64,000 nucleotides of DNA from Octopus vulgaris (Eukaryota): positions 111,724,001 to 111,788,000 of the forward strand of contig OX597821.1 of the NCBI GenBank assembly GCA_951406725.2, read 5' to 3'. Shown here in pieces: positions 42,201-56,499 of this stretch. The position numbers and the translations under genes were made by a program. How positions within the stretch are numbered: position 1 is the stretch's first letter; each line of letters opens with the position of its first letter. The notes under the pieces are model-generated. The model did no database searches, had not been told where the DNA came from, and saw only the letters and a list, made by a program, of their open reading frames with translations.

Positions 42201-42666
42201 GATTATTAGTAGTATTGTCATCGTCGTCGTCCTCTTCCTCCTCTTCATCGTCACCATCATCACCTTCATCCACATCATCATCATCACCACCATCATCCAG
42301 ATCCTCTTGCTTTTTAATGACTAATATGATCGCAAGATTTAGCGCACACCATCTACTCATAACTATCGCCATCGTCATCGCCATCATCATCACCGCCGCC
42401 ACCATCGCCACCGCCGCCACCGCCACCGACACCGCCGCCGCCATCGTCGTCGTTGTCGTCAAGGATATTGGAAAGAAAAATTAATCTGCTGCTTTGCAAT
42501 TATGAATAGTCGACAGGTTGACTGTAAAAAATATGAAGTTAAGCTTCATCCAAACCAACCGAACGAGGTTAAAACTCGTGACATCTCTTGTTGCTTTTGT
42601 CTTCAGATTGCCATAAGCCAGCTCTCTGTGCGTATGTCTATATACACACGTACTTATATACCTACC

Positions 42667-42735
<69 letters not shown>

Positions 42736-42844
42736 GCCTCCATACATATTCATATATACCTACATATATATTAATGTCTATATATATAAAAAAATATACA
42801 TGGATGTTACAAACACATACACACACACGCATTCATATATATAA

Positions 42845-42911
<67 letters not shown>

Positions 42912-42985
42912 TGTATATATATATATATGTATATAGATTTGTATATGTATATGTATATTTAAATATATGAATGTATATATATATG

Positions 42986-43021
<36 letters not shown>

Positions 43022-43079
43022 AGAGATTTATTTATATATGTTTATATATATATATTTATATATCTGTGTGTGCATGTGT

Positions 43080-43149
<70 letters not shown>

Positions 43150-43391
43150 ATATGGAGGAATATGATGTGCGATTGTGTGTGTGTATTGCATGCTATTCTG
43201 AACGGTTCCTCACCATTTCCACAGAATCTTAAGCGATGCTCTCTTTCATATATTCTGTCTGCTGCACAAACATTGCAGACGAAAGATGTGTGCCGACATC
43301 AGTGGCATCCATTATTCTTTCTCAGCGATTTACTGCGCGGTGAAAACACGGCGTGCATACATTATACATTATATATCATATACATACATAC

Positions 43392-43465
<74 letters not shown>

Positions 43466-43606
43466 AAATATATATATGTATTTATATAAATACTCTTATA
43501 TAGATATATATTTTATACATACACATGTATATATGTGTATATGTGTGTGTATATATAGAGATATACATTATATATATATACATACATATACACACACACA
43601 CACATA

Positions 43607-43654
<48 letters not shown>

Positions 43655-43762
43655 TACATATATATATATATATTTAAATAATATCTTGAAGTATATAGCA
43701 TATATATATAAAGAGCAGATAACATAATATACATACATAATTTAAAATATAATATGCATGTG

Positions 43763-43818
<56 letters not shown>

Positions 43819-44098
43819 TGAGCGCGCATATTCATGTGAGCTCTTCGTGCACTGAGGTAACAGCAATTTGGAGACTTGCAGACAAATTAGTTGGGGTGAA
43901 GGATCATGCTCCGTGTGTGTGCGTGTATATATATATATATATATACATATGAAATGAAATATATATGTATATATACATATATATACACATGCATAGACAT
44001 AGGTGGCTTTGTATTTATGAACACATACGAACATGTCACCACAAAGATATCCCTATCATCATCATCACCTTCATCAATATCATCATCATCATCATGAC

Positions 44099-44130
<32 letters not shown>

Positions 44131-44152
44131 ATCGTCATCATCATCATCATCG

Positions 44153-44184
<32 letters not shown>

Positions 44185-44616
44185 TGCATCATCATCACCA
44201 TCATCATCATCATCATCATCATCATCGTCATCATTATCATCATCATCATCATCATCACCATCATCTGCATCATCATCACCACCACCATCATCATCATCAT
44301 CGTCATCATCATCATCATCATCATCTGCATCATCATCTGCATCATTATCATCATCATCATCATCATCATCATCACCCTTGTCATCTGCATCATTATTGTT
44401 GTTGTTGTTATTATTATTGTCGTTATTATTAATATTATTATTATTACTATTATTATTAATATTATTTATCATTATCATCGTCATCGCCCTTGTCATCAGC
44501 ATTATTATTGTGCTTATAGTAGAAAGGATTATTATTATTATTATTATTAATTCCAGTAATTGTTGCTGTTTATAGACGCAGCCACTATAATTGCTGTCTT
44601 TTTGTAGTTAATAAAT

Positions 44617-44651
<35 letters not shown>

Positions 44652-44681
44652 GCTGCTCCTGCTGCTGCTGCTACTACAACA

Positions 44682-44722
<41 letters not shown>

Positions 44723-44885
44723 CACTACTACTACCACTACTACTGCCGCTGCTGCTGTTATTGATATTGATGTTACAGCAATTATCATCATCATCATCAT
44801 CATCATCATCAATATCATTATTGTTATTAAAATCATTACTTTTTCAAATATTGACAGAAGGGATTAGAACAATTATTGTCAATTA

Positions 44886-44958
<73 letters not shown>

Positions 44959-45024
44959 TGATGTTGTAGTAGTGGCAGTAGTATTAGTAGTATTAGTAGT
45001 TGTTGTAGTAGCATCAGCAGAAGC

Positions 45025-45126
<102 letters not shown>

Positions 45127-45178
45127 CCTTATAGCGTTTGAATGTTGAATAAGGTAGAGGCTGAAACAAAGACCTAAT

Positions 45179-45210
<32 letters not shown>

Positions 45211-45533
45211 TTGTTTGAATCGGATCGTCACGAAGTCTGAGGAAGACGGAAGCGGTGCCTTCCGCCGAGAGAGGAAACCTGAAAATGCTGTGGCATTTGC
45301 CAGGAGGGAGCAGTAAAAATGGTGGTCGATAAAATGTAGCTAAGTGTGTTAATTAATGGCGGAGGAGGTCAGAAAGTAAGACAGGCAGTCAGTGGGGGGT
45401 GGGGGCGGGTGAGAAAGTGGGGAGAGTGAGGGGAAAAGAGAGAAGGAGAGTATTAATGTGAGTGGGGAGTGAGGTGCATGAAGAGAGAGAAAATGAGAGA
45501 AAAAGAGATTAGATAGCAAGGTAGAACGATGGA

Positions 45534-45586
<53 letters not shown>

Positions 45587-45663
45587 CTGTGTGCGTGTGT
45601 ATATATGTGTGTTTACATACGTGCATATATACCTTCATATATATATATAATATATACACATAC

Positions 45664-45695
<32 letters not shown>

Positions 45696-45718
45696 GCCTG
45701 TATTCTATATCTATCTAA

Positions 45719-45782
<64 letters not shown>

Positions 45783-46015
45783 GTGTCTATGTCATTTATT
45801 TGTCTTTATTTGTTAAGGTGTCTTTTTACCTAACTACGTTTCTTTGTACTTATATATATATACATACACACATATATATATGCACACATACAAATGCACA
45901 TGTTCTCTCCTTTTTATGGCTGCATGTCGTGCAATTTTATTTTTACAAAAAAATTTACTTCGAAATTTCGGTTAAACACCGTTCATCAGACTACATGTAT
46001 ACATGTACGTATATC

Positions 46016-46074
<59 letters not shown>

Positions 46075-46132
46075 ATACATACACACACATACACACATAC
46101 ATATATATGTATCTATGTATATATATATATAT

Positions 46133-46169
<37 letters not shown>

Positions 46170-46367
46170 CATATGTATATATATATATACATACATATAT
46201 ATATATATATACACACATACATACATACATATTATGCACGTTCCAAATACAGTAAGATTTAAAGGGAGATAGATGGGGAAATAGATTGCTAGCTAGAGAG
46301 AGGGGGGGAAATGAGAGATAAAGTGAAAAACACGGGCAGATTAAGTATTGGGCTGAGAGAGTAGATA

Positions 46368-46414
<47 letters not shown>

Positions 46415-46425
46415 ATAGTAGTAGT

Positions 46426-46513
<88 letters not shown>

Positions 46514-47488
46514 ATAGCAAGTGTGAAAGGATAGGTAAAATGGAGAGGAGAAAGTGAAAGTGAAAGCAGCTAAAAGTAGGTGTTGGTAGTTAAGCGGGAA
46601 AATAGAGGTTAAGTAATGAAAAAGACACGGAGAAGCGGAAAGGATGACAAAGGGGATAAAAAGAAAGAGGGGGAGAAAGAGAAACAGACAGGCAAAGAGA
46701 CACAGATATGTGTATGCGGTGAATGCCGGATACACACAAAGGTGAAATGGTGAAAACTGTTTTTTATAATGACAAGTACTAACTCGTATAGTTATAGAAA
46801 AACTAAAAAGGCAAGAGGGAGACGTTAGAAAACGATCGAGAATCACCCCTTCACACTTACTTCGTTCTTTCCACTCTTCTTTCTTTTGTTCCCCTTCTCT
46901 CATATTTCCTGGCTTTCTCTTCATTCTCCTCTCCCCTCTTCTTTCATTTCACTCTGTCCTTTTCTTTTTTCTCGTCCCTCCCTAATTCTTCTATCTCTCT
47001 GCCTCTACCTCTCTCCTCTTTTCCACGTGACCGGTGTTCGGCCAAACTTGACCTTTCTTTCTTGGTTCGACAACCATCCGTGCAACATCTGTATTCGTCC
47101 TCATGCCTGTCATCTCCTATGTCCTTGCCGTAAGACTTCACTTCCACACACGCCAGCTTAATTTAATTCGTTCTTAGTCGGAAGACAGCTGTTGTTAATC
47201 TCATGTTATTTGCATTTGTATTTGTGTACCATTTCTCCGGTTTTTCGTCCTTGTTTTCGTATACATTCGCTGCTTTCTTCCAAAGAATCTAGCGCTCTTA
47301 GCTTAGATTTTCCTTGGGGCTGGCCAGATTGGAACAATCTCGAGTATAACCACCCGAAATTGCAAACATAATCTGGAACTCGACTAGAGGGAAAAAACTC
47401 TAAATGACCCGTCCTTGTTTTTCTTGTCTCTTTTTTGTATCATCTGACTGACTGGATGTTTTGCGTTCTTGTTCCATTTTTTGCATTC

Positions 47489-47554
<66 letters not shown>

Positions 47555-47556
<2 letters not shown>

Positions 47557-48280
47557 TACTCTCACCAGTTATGCTAACAATACAAATGTGTCTCAGGGGA
47601 TCAAGAGCCCCGATGACGTAATAAAACAGCAAAACGACCTGCATGCAATATATAAGTTGGCTGATGGAAATAACATGCAGTTCAATACTGATCAGTTTCA
47701 AGCATTCCGCTATCGGCCCGCCAACAGACTACAATCAGAATACATAACAGTGATGCAACATCCGATGTACATATTGCCAGGATGACAGCACTGTGCTTGT
47801 CAGTAGCTGGATGGATCCTTAGTTCATTCAAAAGCAGAAATAAGGATATTTTGCTACACTGTGGAGGACATTTGTCCTCAGTCGTCAGGATTGCTGCTCC
47901 CAACTGTGGTCGCCGCAGGGAGTTAAACTGGTAGCGGAATTTGAGACAACCCAGCGCTACTACACAAAAAACACTGATTCGGTGAAACAGATGAGTTACT
48001 GGGAGAAGCTACAAGAACTGAAGCTCCTCCCAGTCGAGAAAAGGCGGGAAAGGTATGCAGTGATGTACATATGGAAGACCCTGGAAGGTCAAGCTCCCAA
48101 CTTTGGAAATAAAAGCTATACCAACCACCGAAGTGGAAGGCACTACATAATACCAACGACACTGTCTTCTTCATCTCAGATAAAGACGCAATATTCCAAC
48201 GGCTTGGGTTTCAGGAGACCATGTCATTTTAACATCCTGCCAAGGAACCTAAGAGATCTGCAAGGTGTAGATATATTGGA
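47555..48280 (+). mobile_element. Old, internally deleted CR1-group LINE RT and C-terminal fragment
   Basis: LTSYANNT (degenerate FADDT), QNDL..IY.....NNMQFN..F, SYWEKLQELKL...EKRRERY...YIWK, FNILP..LR. Confidence 0.75.
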
Positions 48281-48367
48281 AGAGTTTACGAAAAATGCAA
48301 AAGACGAAGACAGGTGGTGTACAAAACAAACAGATATATTAGTATAACGCTCAGGAATAGAAAAAGA

Positions 48368-48403
48368 CTTTTACGTTTCGAGCCTACGCTCTTCTACAGA
48401 AAG
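48368..48403 (-). ncRNA. Minimal hammerhead-like motif (CUGUAGA variant) in a short repeat (~48278-48465)
   Basis: Minus strand CTTT-CTGTAGA-A-GAGC(GTAG)GCTC-GAA-ACGT-A-AAAG. The surrounding repeat is near-identical to ~12360-12570. Confidence 0.6.
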
Positions 48404-48546
48404 GGACACAGAAAAAACAAGGAGAGAAAAATATGCGTGTAGTGGCTAACGATCTATCATGGCGACTGTATATATATATACATACACATATACACACATA
48501 CACGCACACACACACTGCTGGCTTCATTTTCCACTCACAAGGCTAT

Positions 48547-48588
<42 letters not shown>

Positions 48589-48736
48589 AATTGATAAATA
48601 GGTGGATTGATTGATTGATTGATTGACAGATATGCTGTGGAGAGTAGGAAAGTAGACAGAGATAGGGAAAGAGTGCAGTAGACAGTGGAATAGAAAGTGG
48701 CAGACGGACAGATAGGCATACAGACAGACTGGTAGT

Positions 48737-48883
<147 letters not shown>

Positions 48884-49413
48884 TTCATCGCTTTCAAGGC
48901 CGTATAATGTTTGTCTTATTGAAGTAAGCTAAACACTGTCCATCAATAGGCAAGAGTTAATTCTTTCTTTTGCTTTAAAACGGAACAAAATAATTGTTTT
49001 ATGAATTCCAAGGCGGAGAAATGTAGAGGAACCCCTTGTAGACAAAAGGGTTTGTATTTAACAGTATATTTATCAGTGAAGTCATTTTGTCATCATAATA
49101 GACGGTTTTTGTTAAAATACCGGTACATATAACCAGAAATACAGGAATTGAACTTTAGTATTATATGTATGCGTGTGTGTATGTAGTGTGTGTGTATGTG
49201 TGTGTGAGTTTGTTTGTGTGTGTGTGTATGTGTGTGGGTGTGTGTGTATGTGTGTGTGGAAGAGAGAGAATGTTATATTAAATCTCTGAACGAGATATAA
49301 AGAGTAGCCGTACGGAACCGTAGCATATATTTGCCAACTAAGTGTAGTGTCCTATACAGGACAGTGCTACTGATGTTTATAGCGCTATGAAGACATCTGA
49401 GTGTGTGTGTTTG

Positions 49414-49458
<45 letters not shown>

Positions 49459-49464
49459 GTGTGT

Positions 49465-52400
49465 GCGCTTGTTTATCTGAAAGGAAGTGTTTTGAACAGG
49501 AGATAAAGAAAAAGATTATTTTTAAGTAGATGGCTGGAACAGATACTTACTTTGGTTCAGCCAGCTCACCAGGGGGTCTAAAAGAAAAATGTTTTCAAAG
49601 TGAAAAAAGGTGTCTTTTTTTTTAATGTCAATGGAAAATAGAAGGAAAGAAATGAAGGAAGCAAGAAAGAAGTGCTTATATCTATACAATTGGTCAGTTC
49701 TTTCAATAGAAGATGACAAGCTGGTTCTTGGTCTGTGTAAATGGCAAGACCAGGTGGTTACTCTAAAAGGGGGAGTCTGTTTTCATGAGGAATAATGAAA
49801 GTTATTTTTCAAAAAATTGTCTGGACTTATCATCATCATCATCATCATTGTCCAATGTTTGATTCCCATGCCGGTATGGATTGGGAAATCTGGATGCAAG
49901 AATGTCTCTATTTATGTATATACATACATACACACATATATGCATATATCTTAGGGTTCCAGGTGGGTTTATAAGGAAGTTGGCGTGATTTTCATATTTT
50001 CAGCCATTCAGTTTGGGGGAGAATTTTGCTATGAAGTGTTGTTCCATATTTTTTTCTGAAGAAGGTGTCATTCCTTGGGCATTTATAGAAGGGAAAGATC
50101 TTGAATCTTCCTTCTCCACATGTTTCTAAGTGTTTACTTAGTGGAATTTTTTGTAGCTCTCCCTGTCAGATATGTTGTCGGTGAATTCTGGCTCGTTGGC
50201 ATAAAGAATTGCCAGTTTCACCTATATAGTTCTCCTTGCATGTGGGACAGGTTATGCAATATATTAAGTTTTGTATCTTGCAATTCATGTTTGCATTTAC
50301 TTTGAATGTGTGTCCACTCTTAAATTTTATTTGGCTGTTTTCCTCTATATATTTGTAGATGGGTTTACTGCAGATCCCACATCAACTATCTCAACATTCT
50401 TTCACAAAGAATTCGGTTTAATTCTCTAATGAGAATTTGGCTCTTGTCAGTTGTTTTTTCAGGTTTTTCTCTTGGCGTTTACTGTTTCTTATAGGTTTCC
50501 CATTTTGGGGCTTTGTAAGACTATTGGTAAGTTTGATTGTATAGTTAGTTAGTTAGTTAATTTGGCTCAAAAGCAAATAGCAAGGCCATGTAGGGGGACA
50601 TGGAGTTAAGTACAGGGTGGTGTTCATGTAAAGAGTTCAGGCCACTTGAGGTCCAGGGAGGCTTTGAACAAAGCGGTCGTCGGCATCTTCACCATCTCGT
50701 CTGGCAGCTTGTTCCACGGATCCGCAACCCGGACGGAGAAAGCTCCTCTCCTTCGATTGAGATGAAATCGTCGCAGGTAGAGCTTTTCGGAATGACCCCG
50801 CAGCCGACGCTCCGGAGCAGGAGTGAAGAACAGCTCTTTCGAGAGGTTACACTTCCCGCTTATGATGTTGTGGGCGAGAATGAGATCACCACGGCGGCGG
50901 CGTTTTTCAAGAGAACAAAGGTCGAGCGTCCTCAGCCTTTCTTCGTAGGACAAATTTATGAGACCATGAACCATGCAGGTAGCCAGCTTCTGGACTCTTT
51001 CGAGGTGCTGTATGTCTTTGAGGAGATAAGGAGAAGAGGCTTGAATCCCATACTCCAATATGGGTCTCACCAGCGTGACATAGAGTGGCAGGAATATGGC
51101 TGCTGTGAGCATTCCGAATGACCGTCGAATCAAAAACAGAATTCCGCGCGCTTTGTTGGCAGCATGGACGCACTGGGCCGAAGGCGAAAAGGAGGAATCC
51201 ACCAAGATACCCAGGTCCTTTACCTGATCGGTCCTCTCCAGCAGCAGACGACCCGGCTCGAAATCAAGTTGAGTTGCAGGAGTAGAGCCGACAAGCAGAT
51301 GACAGCACTTTGACACGTTCAGACACAGGTCCCAATCGTTAGACTACTTCCAAATTTGGTGGAGGCATCGACGAAGATCCTCTATACTACCGCGAGGAGC
51401 GACCAGTTTGATATCGTCGGCAAATAGAAGGGTGTGTTGCGTGAGGTCGTCGGGCAAGTCATTTATGAAGACTAAGAACAACAAGAGCCCAAGCACTGAA
51501 CCTTGAGGCACGCCACTGCTCGCACTGGAGACGTCGGACCGCGAACCATTAACTTGAACTTGGAAGGAGCGATCTGAGAGGAAGGCACCAACTCATCGTA
51601 CAATATCCGGATGGAAACTATATGCTTGAAGCTTGACAAGTAGTAGGCGGTGGTTTACCGAGTCAAAAGCTTTGGCAAAGTCCAATAAAACGATGTCAAC
51701 AGCATCACTATCATCGAGGATGCACGTCACCAATTCTTCCATTACTAGTAAGTTGGTCAAGCATGATCTCTTCGGCACGAAGCCGTGTTGGGAATCAGTG
51801 ATCGAGGCTGTGTTTAGGAGGTGGAGCATCATACTTTTCTTAAGGATGGTTTCGAACATCTTGCTGATTATTGATGTAAGGGAAACCGGTCGGTAGTTAA
51901 GCGGGTCTTCGCGGCTCCCTTTCTTGAAAATTGGGCAGATTATCGCTGTTCTCCAGTCTGCAGGTATAACACCCGTCGCCAATGACATATTGAATAGTCG
52001 TGTTAAGGGCTCGCAGATGACCGGAGCCAACGCTTTGATAACCCGTGGGTGTATGCCGTCAGGGCCGTGACCCTTGTTGACATCGAGGCCTTGAATAACA
52101 CGTTTGACTTGGTCCCGCGTGATGATCAATCGAAGCATTGGAGGTACCGATCTATCAAATGGAGGGGGTTCACGACCATCATCTTGTTTGAAAATAGTTG
52201 AAAAAGCCTCGGCAAATAATTGACTCTGTTGATAAGGGTCCTCAATCGATACGCCTGTTGAGTCTACCAACGTTGCAATCTGGTTGTTCAAGCGGGAATT
52301 CCGCTGGACATGGGCAAAGAAGGTTTTTGGATTGCTACTGGCATTTGCCGCGATTTTGTATCCATAACTGAAGCGTTCTTTCTTTTCAATTTTCACGGCT

Positions 52401-54757
52401 CGGTCTCGTTGAGTTTTGTACACCTCAAAAGCTGCAGTCGAATCCAGATTTTTGAATTCAGCCCAAGCAATATCTCTGAGTCGACGTTCTCGTTTAACCT
52501 TCTTCGTCACCCAGGGCTTGTGTTTCTTCCTCTTGGGAAGTCCAACGGGAACTGCCTGGTCAGTCAAACAGATTACATATGCTTTGAGGGATGACCATAG
52601 TTCGTCAACTGAGGACAACGTCATCAGGGAACGCCAGTCCAGAAGCGCGGAAGGATCGGTTAGAATTTCAAGATTAATTGCAGAGAAGACTCTACGTGGC
52701 AGCGAAGTAATCGTGGGCGTGGAAAAAGTTGTGTGCATGACGAACTTCAGGACCGCATGATCACTCTTGGCAAGAGGGGCGCACACAGATACGTCTGACA
52801 CTGATCTTGGATAGCGGGAGAATACCAGATCTAGCATAATTTGAAACATGTTGGTAACTCCAGGGTTGTGTGTGTTTATGAATGGGATGATGTTTTCTTT
52901 GCTTTTCTTTTTTTGGAGTTCTGAGTTGTGTGATGTCCAGTTTCATTGCTCTTGAGATTCCGTTTTCTATTAATTTTAGTGGGTATTTCTGTTCTAGTAG
53001 GAAGTTTTTTTAGTTCATTTAGTCTTATCTGGTGTGTTTGTGAGCCGACCACTATGCTGCATATGCGTCATGCCATACTATGTGGAATGTTTCTTTTTAT
53101 GTGGGATGGGTGGCAGGAGTAGAAATTTAAATATTGGTGTGTGTTGGGGTTTTTTTGGAGTAGATATCTGTTGTGACGATGGAGTTGTGTATCTTGATGT
53201 TGCTGTCTAGGAAGGGAAGTTCGTTATAGCTGGTTTCTGTCGTAAAGTTGATAGATGGGTGCAGTGTGTTGAGTATGTTGTGGAATGTTTGTAGATCTGA
53301 TCTGTTCCAAAAGACGAAACAGTCATCGAGGTAGCGTTTCCACTTTTCTTGATGTCTTCTATGAAGTCGTTTTCGAAGAATTTCCCTATTTCCTGATATA
53401 GTTTGTTCTCAAGGAAACCCATAACCAGGTTGGCATATGAAGGTGCGAATTTCGTATCCATAGCCGTGCCCTTTATGTGTCGGTATGTCTTGTTAAATGT
53501 GAATGTATTTTCTTCAAGTATTAATTGGGTGGCTTTGGTGATAAAGTCTGTTTCGAAGCGTTTATCTATGAATTCCCTGTAGTTTTCTACCCAGTGTTTT
53601 ATCGCCTCCAGAAACAGAGTGTGTGGTATGTTCGTGTATAAGTTTGTCACATCGAAGCTTGCAAGTATGGTGTTTTCCGGAAACGTATTTGGAATCTGTG
53701 TGAGAAAGTCTATGTCATCCCTTATGTAGCTTGGTATCAGTGGACATAAAGGTTTGAGGGGTACATCTATGAAGTGGCTTAGTTGTTGTGTTGGTTTTTG
53801 GGGCCCTGCAACTATTGGTCTCATTGTGAGGTCTGTGGGCCTCTGCATTCTTATATATAGGCTCCTCTGTTTTATGGCTCTCTGTATTTCAGAGCTTTTA
53901 TGAACATTAGGTAGTCCATAAAAATTGCTTTCTCTGGTTCTTGAGTTGCATAATTAGTTTTTCTCTTTGTCTGTAAAGGAGTCCTGGTATTCATTGACTA
54001 ATGTTTCGATTTTTTTTTAATGTTGCTTCCTCCGGTTGTATTAATTCCTCTTTATAGTATGTCTGGTTGTTAAGAATCTCTAGTATCTTTGTAGTAATCT
54101 GTATCCATAATTACTATTACTCTACCTTTGTCAGCTTCTTTTAAGACGATCGACTAGTCATTTTTTAGCTTTTGTAAGGCTTGTTTGTCTCCTCTGTGGA
54201 GGTTGTTTGCATTTTATGTGTGTTGAGAGGGAATTTGGAGATTGTCTCTATGTATGTGTCTAGGTGTCTATCACTCCCCTTGTAAGGGGTGAATTGGGAT
54301 TTATTCTTATGATTGAGTCATCTTCTGTCACCTTATTTTCAAAGAATTCCATGAGGTGGTGGACAATGATGATTATTATGATGATGATAATAAGTCCAGA
54401 CAATTTGTTGAAAAATAACTTTCATTATTCCTCATCAAAACAGACTCTCCTTTAGAGTAACCACCTGGACTTGCCATTTTCACAGACTAACGATTAACTT
54501 CGCATCTTCTATTGAAAGAACTGACCACTTCTATAGCTATAAGCACATTTTTCTTCTTTGTTTTTTCCTTCCTTTCTTTCCTTCTGTTTTCCATTGACAT
54601 TAAGAAAAAACACATTTTTTCACTTTGAAAACATTTTTCTTTTAGACCCCCTGGTGAGCTGGCTGAACCAAAGTAAGCATCTGTTCCAGCCACCTACTTA
54701 AAAATATTCTTTTCCTTTATCTCCTGTTAAAAACACTTCATTTCAGATACACAGGCA

Positions 54758-54758
<1 letters not shown>
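49465..54758 (-). mobile_element. Penelope-like element (Neptune-type), 5'-truncated, with inverted terminal repeats, interrupted by a CR1 LINE
   Basis: RT (52836-54359): RPIVAG, LASFDVTNLYTNIP, GTAM..FAPSYANL.MG, frameshifted WKRYLDDCF, LPFLD. GIY-YIG (~50005-50542, manual translation): CGIC...NMNCKIQNLIYCITCPTCKENYIGETG...RIHRQHI...EQHFIAKF.PKLN. 49465-49854 and 54360-54758 are inverted copies. Confidence 0.9.
50543..52835 (-). mobile_element. Young 5'-truncated CR1-group LINE (ORF2 RT) with a (TAAC)n tail
   Basis: SDHAVL, GPDGIHP, NYRPVSLTS, QHGF, LDFAKAFDSV, SGVPQGSVLGLLLF, LFADD, KDLG, RLRGH, FSVRV..WNKLP. A few premature stops. AT is duplicated at 50541-50542 and 52836-52837. Confidence 0.92.
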
Positions 54759-54800
<42 letters not shown>

Positions 54801-54964
54801 CACATACAAACACACACGCGCTCTCTCAATTTCTCCCTATTCTCTCCACTATCTCTCCATTCCTCTCCCTCTTTTCCTACTCTTTACACTCCACATTACT
54901 CTCCTTTCCCCACTCTCTCCCTCCACCGCAAAAAAAAAAAGAGACAAATCCCATCACACAATTT

Positions 54965-55006
54965 AAATCTGAAGAATCTATTAGAGTAGATGAAAACATG
55001 CGATTT
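54965..55006 (+). ncRNA. Degenerate hammerhead motif beyond the inverted PLE terminal repeat
   Basis: AAAT-CTGAAGA-ATCTA(TTAGAG)TAGAT-GAAA-ACATGCG-ATTT. Core and stem II are intact but the cleavage triplet is not canonical. Confidence 0.45.
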
Positions 55007-55113
55007 GTAAAAACATATGACATGTTAATAAATATTTGTCTATGTACAACCATCCAGATCTCTGAATACCTTATTTAATCTAATATATAATATCTGTACA
55101 TCACCTCCAAACC

Positions 55114-55145
<32 letters not shown>

Positions 55146-55149
<4 letters not shown>

Positions 55150-55837
55150 GTAAAGGACCTAGGTATCTTGGTGGATTCCTCCTTTTCGCCTTCGGCCCAG
55201 TGCGTCCATGCTGCCAACAAAGCACGCGGAATTCTGTTCTTGATTCGACGGTCATTCGGAATGCTCACAGCAGCCATATTCCTACCACTCTATGTCACGC
55301 TGGTGAGACCCATATTGGAGTATGGGATTCAAGCCTCTTCTCCTTATCTCCTCAAAGACATACAGCATCTCGAAAGAGTCCAGAAGCTGGCTACCCGCAT
55401 GGTTCATGGTCTCAAAAATTTGTCCTACGAAGAAAGGCTGAGGACGCTCGACCTTTATTCTCTTGAAAAACGCCGCCGCCGTAGTGATCTCATTCTCGCC
55501 CACAACATCATAAGCGGAAAGTGTAACCTCTCGAAAGAGCTGTTCTTCACTCCTGCTCCAGAGCGTCGGCTGCGGGGTCATTCCGAAAAGCTCTACCTGC
55601 GACGATTTCATCTCAATCGAAGGAGAGGAGCTTTCTCCGTCCGGGTTGCGGATCCGTGGAACAAGCTGCCAGACGAGATGGTAAAGATGCCGACGACCGC
55701 TTTGTTCAAAGCCTCCCAGGACCTCAAGTGGCCTGAACTCTTTACATGAACACCACCCTGTACTTAACTCCATGTCCCCTTACATGGCCTTGCTATTTGC
55801 TCTTGAGCCAAATTAACTAACTAACTAACTAACTAAC
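55146..55837 (+). mobile_element. Second, shorter copy of the same CR1-group LINE inserted in (TA)n
   Basis: ORF 55168-55749 is nearly identical to 50624-51316 and ends in (CTAA)n. (TA)n lies on both sides. Confidence 0.92.
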
Positions 55838-56052
<215 letters not shown>

Positions 56053-56077
56053 TACATATACATATATATATATATAA

Positions 56078-56108
<31 letters not shown>

Positions 56109-56154
56109 TACATATATATATTAATCAAAATAAAAACATGATGCCAAGGATTCA

Positions 56155-56232
56155 GCGGTACATATGTTTCGGGCCTTTATTAGACGGATTTATAACAATG
56201 CATAATGTGTGTCTATGGCCTTCTTCAGCCGC
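56155..56232 (-). ncRNA. Type I hammerhead ribozyme motif, canonical core, extended stem II
   Basis: Minus strand GCGG-CTGAAGA-AGGCC-ATAGAC...GTCTA..AGGCCC-GAA-ACATATGT-A-CCGC: stem I GCGG/CCGC, palindromic stem III, GUA triplet. It sits in a ~210-bp island between (TA)n tracts. Confidence 0.7.
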
Positions 56233-56499
56233 GCACAATTACTACTTCAAGGACATGCATTACATCATAAATTTTACGTTGGGGATGCAAATCCTCTCAG
56301 TCGCGTATGACATAGTGGGGCACCTATATATATATATATATAGTTATATGTATATGTATGTATAAATGTGTGTGTATATGTGAGTGTATGTCTGTACGTG
56401 TGTGTGTTGGTGTTTTTACGTCCCCTCTAACTTAGCGATTCGGCAAAAGAGGCCAATTGAATGAGTACTGATTTTCAAAAAATAAGTACGGAGGTCCAT

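Noticed and set aside
49318-49372. Possible deleted hammerhead on minus (GTAGCA-CTG...CAAATATA-TGCTAC)
   Set aside because: Needs at least two lesions in the core to fit, so it is too speculative to call.
50600-52760. Plus-strand ORFs overlapping the CR1 element (also 55282-55773 on minus)
   Set aside because: Antisense shadows of the RT reading frame.
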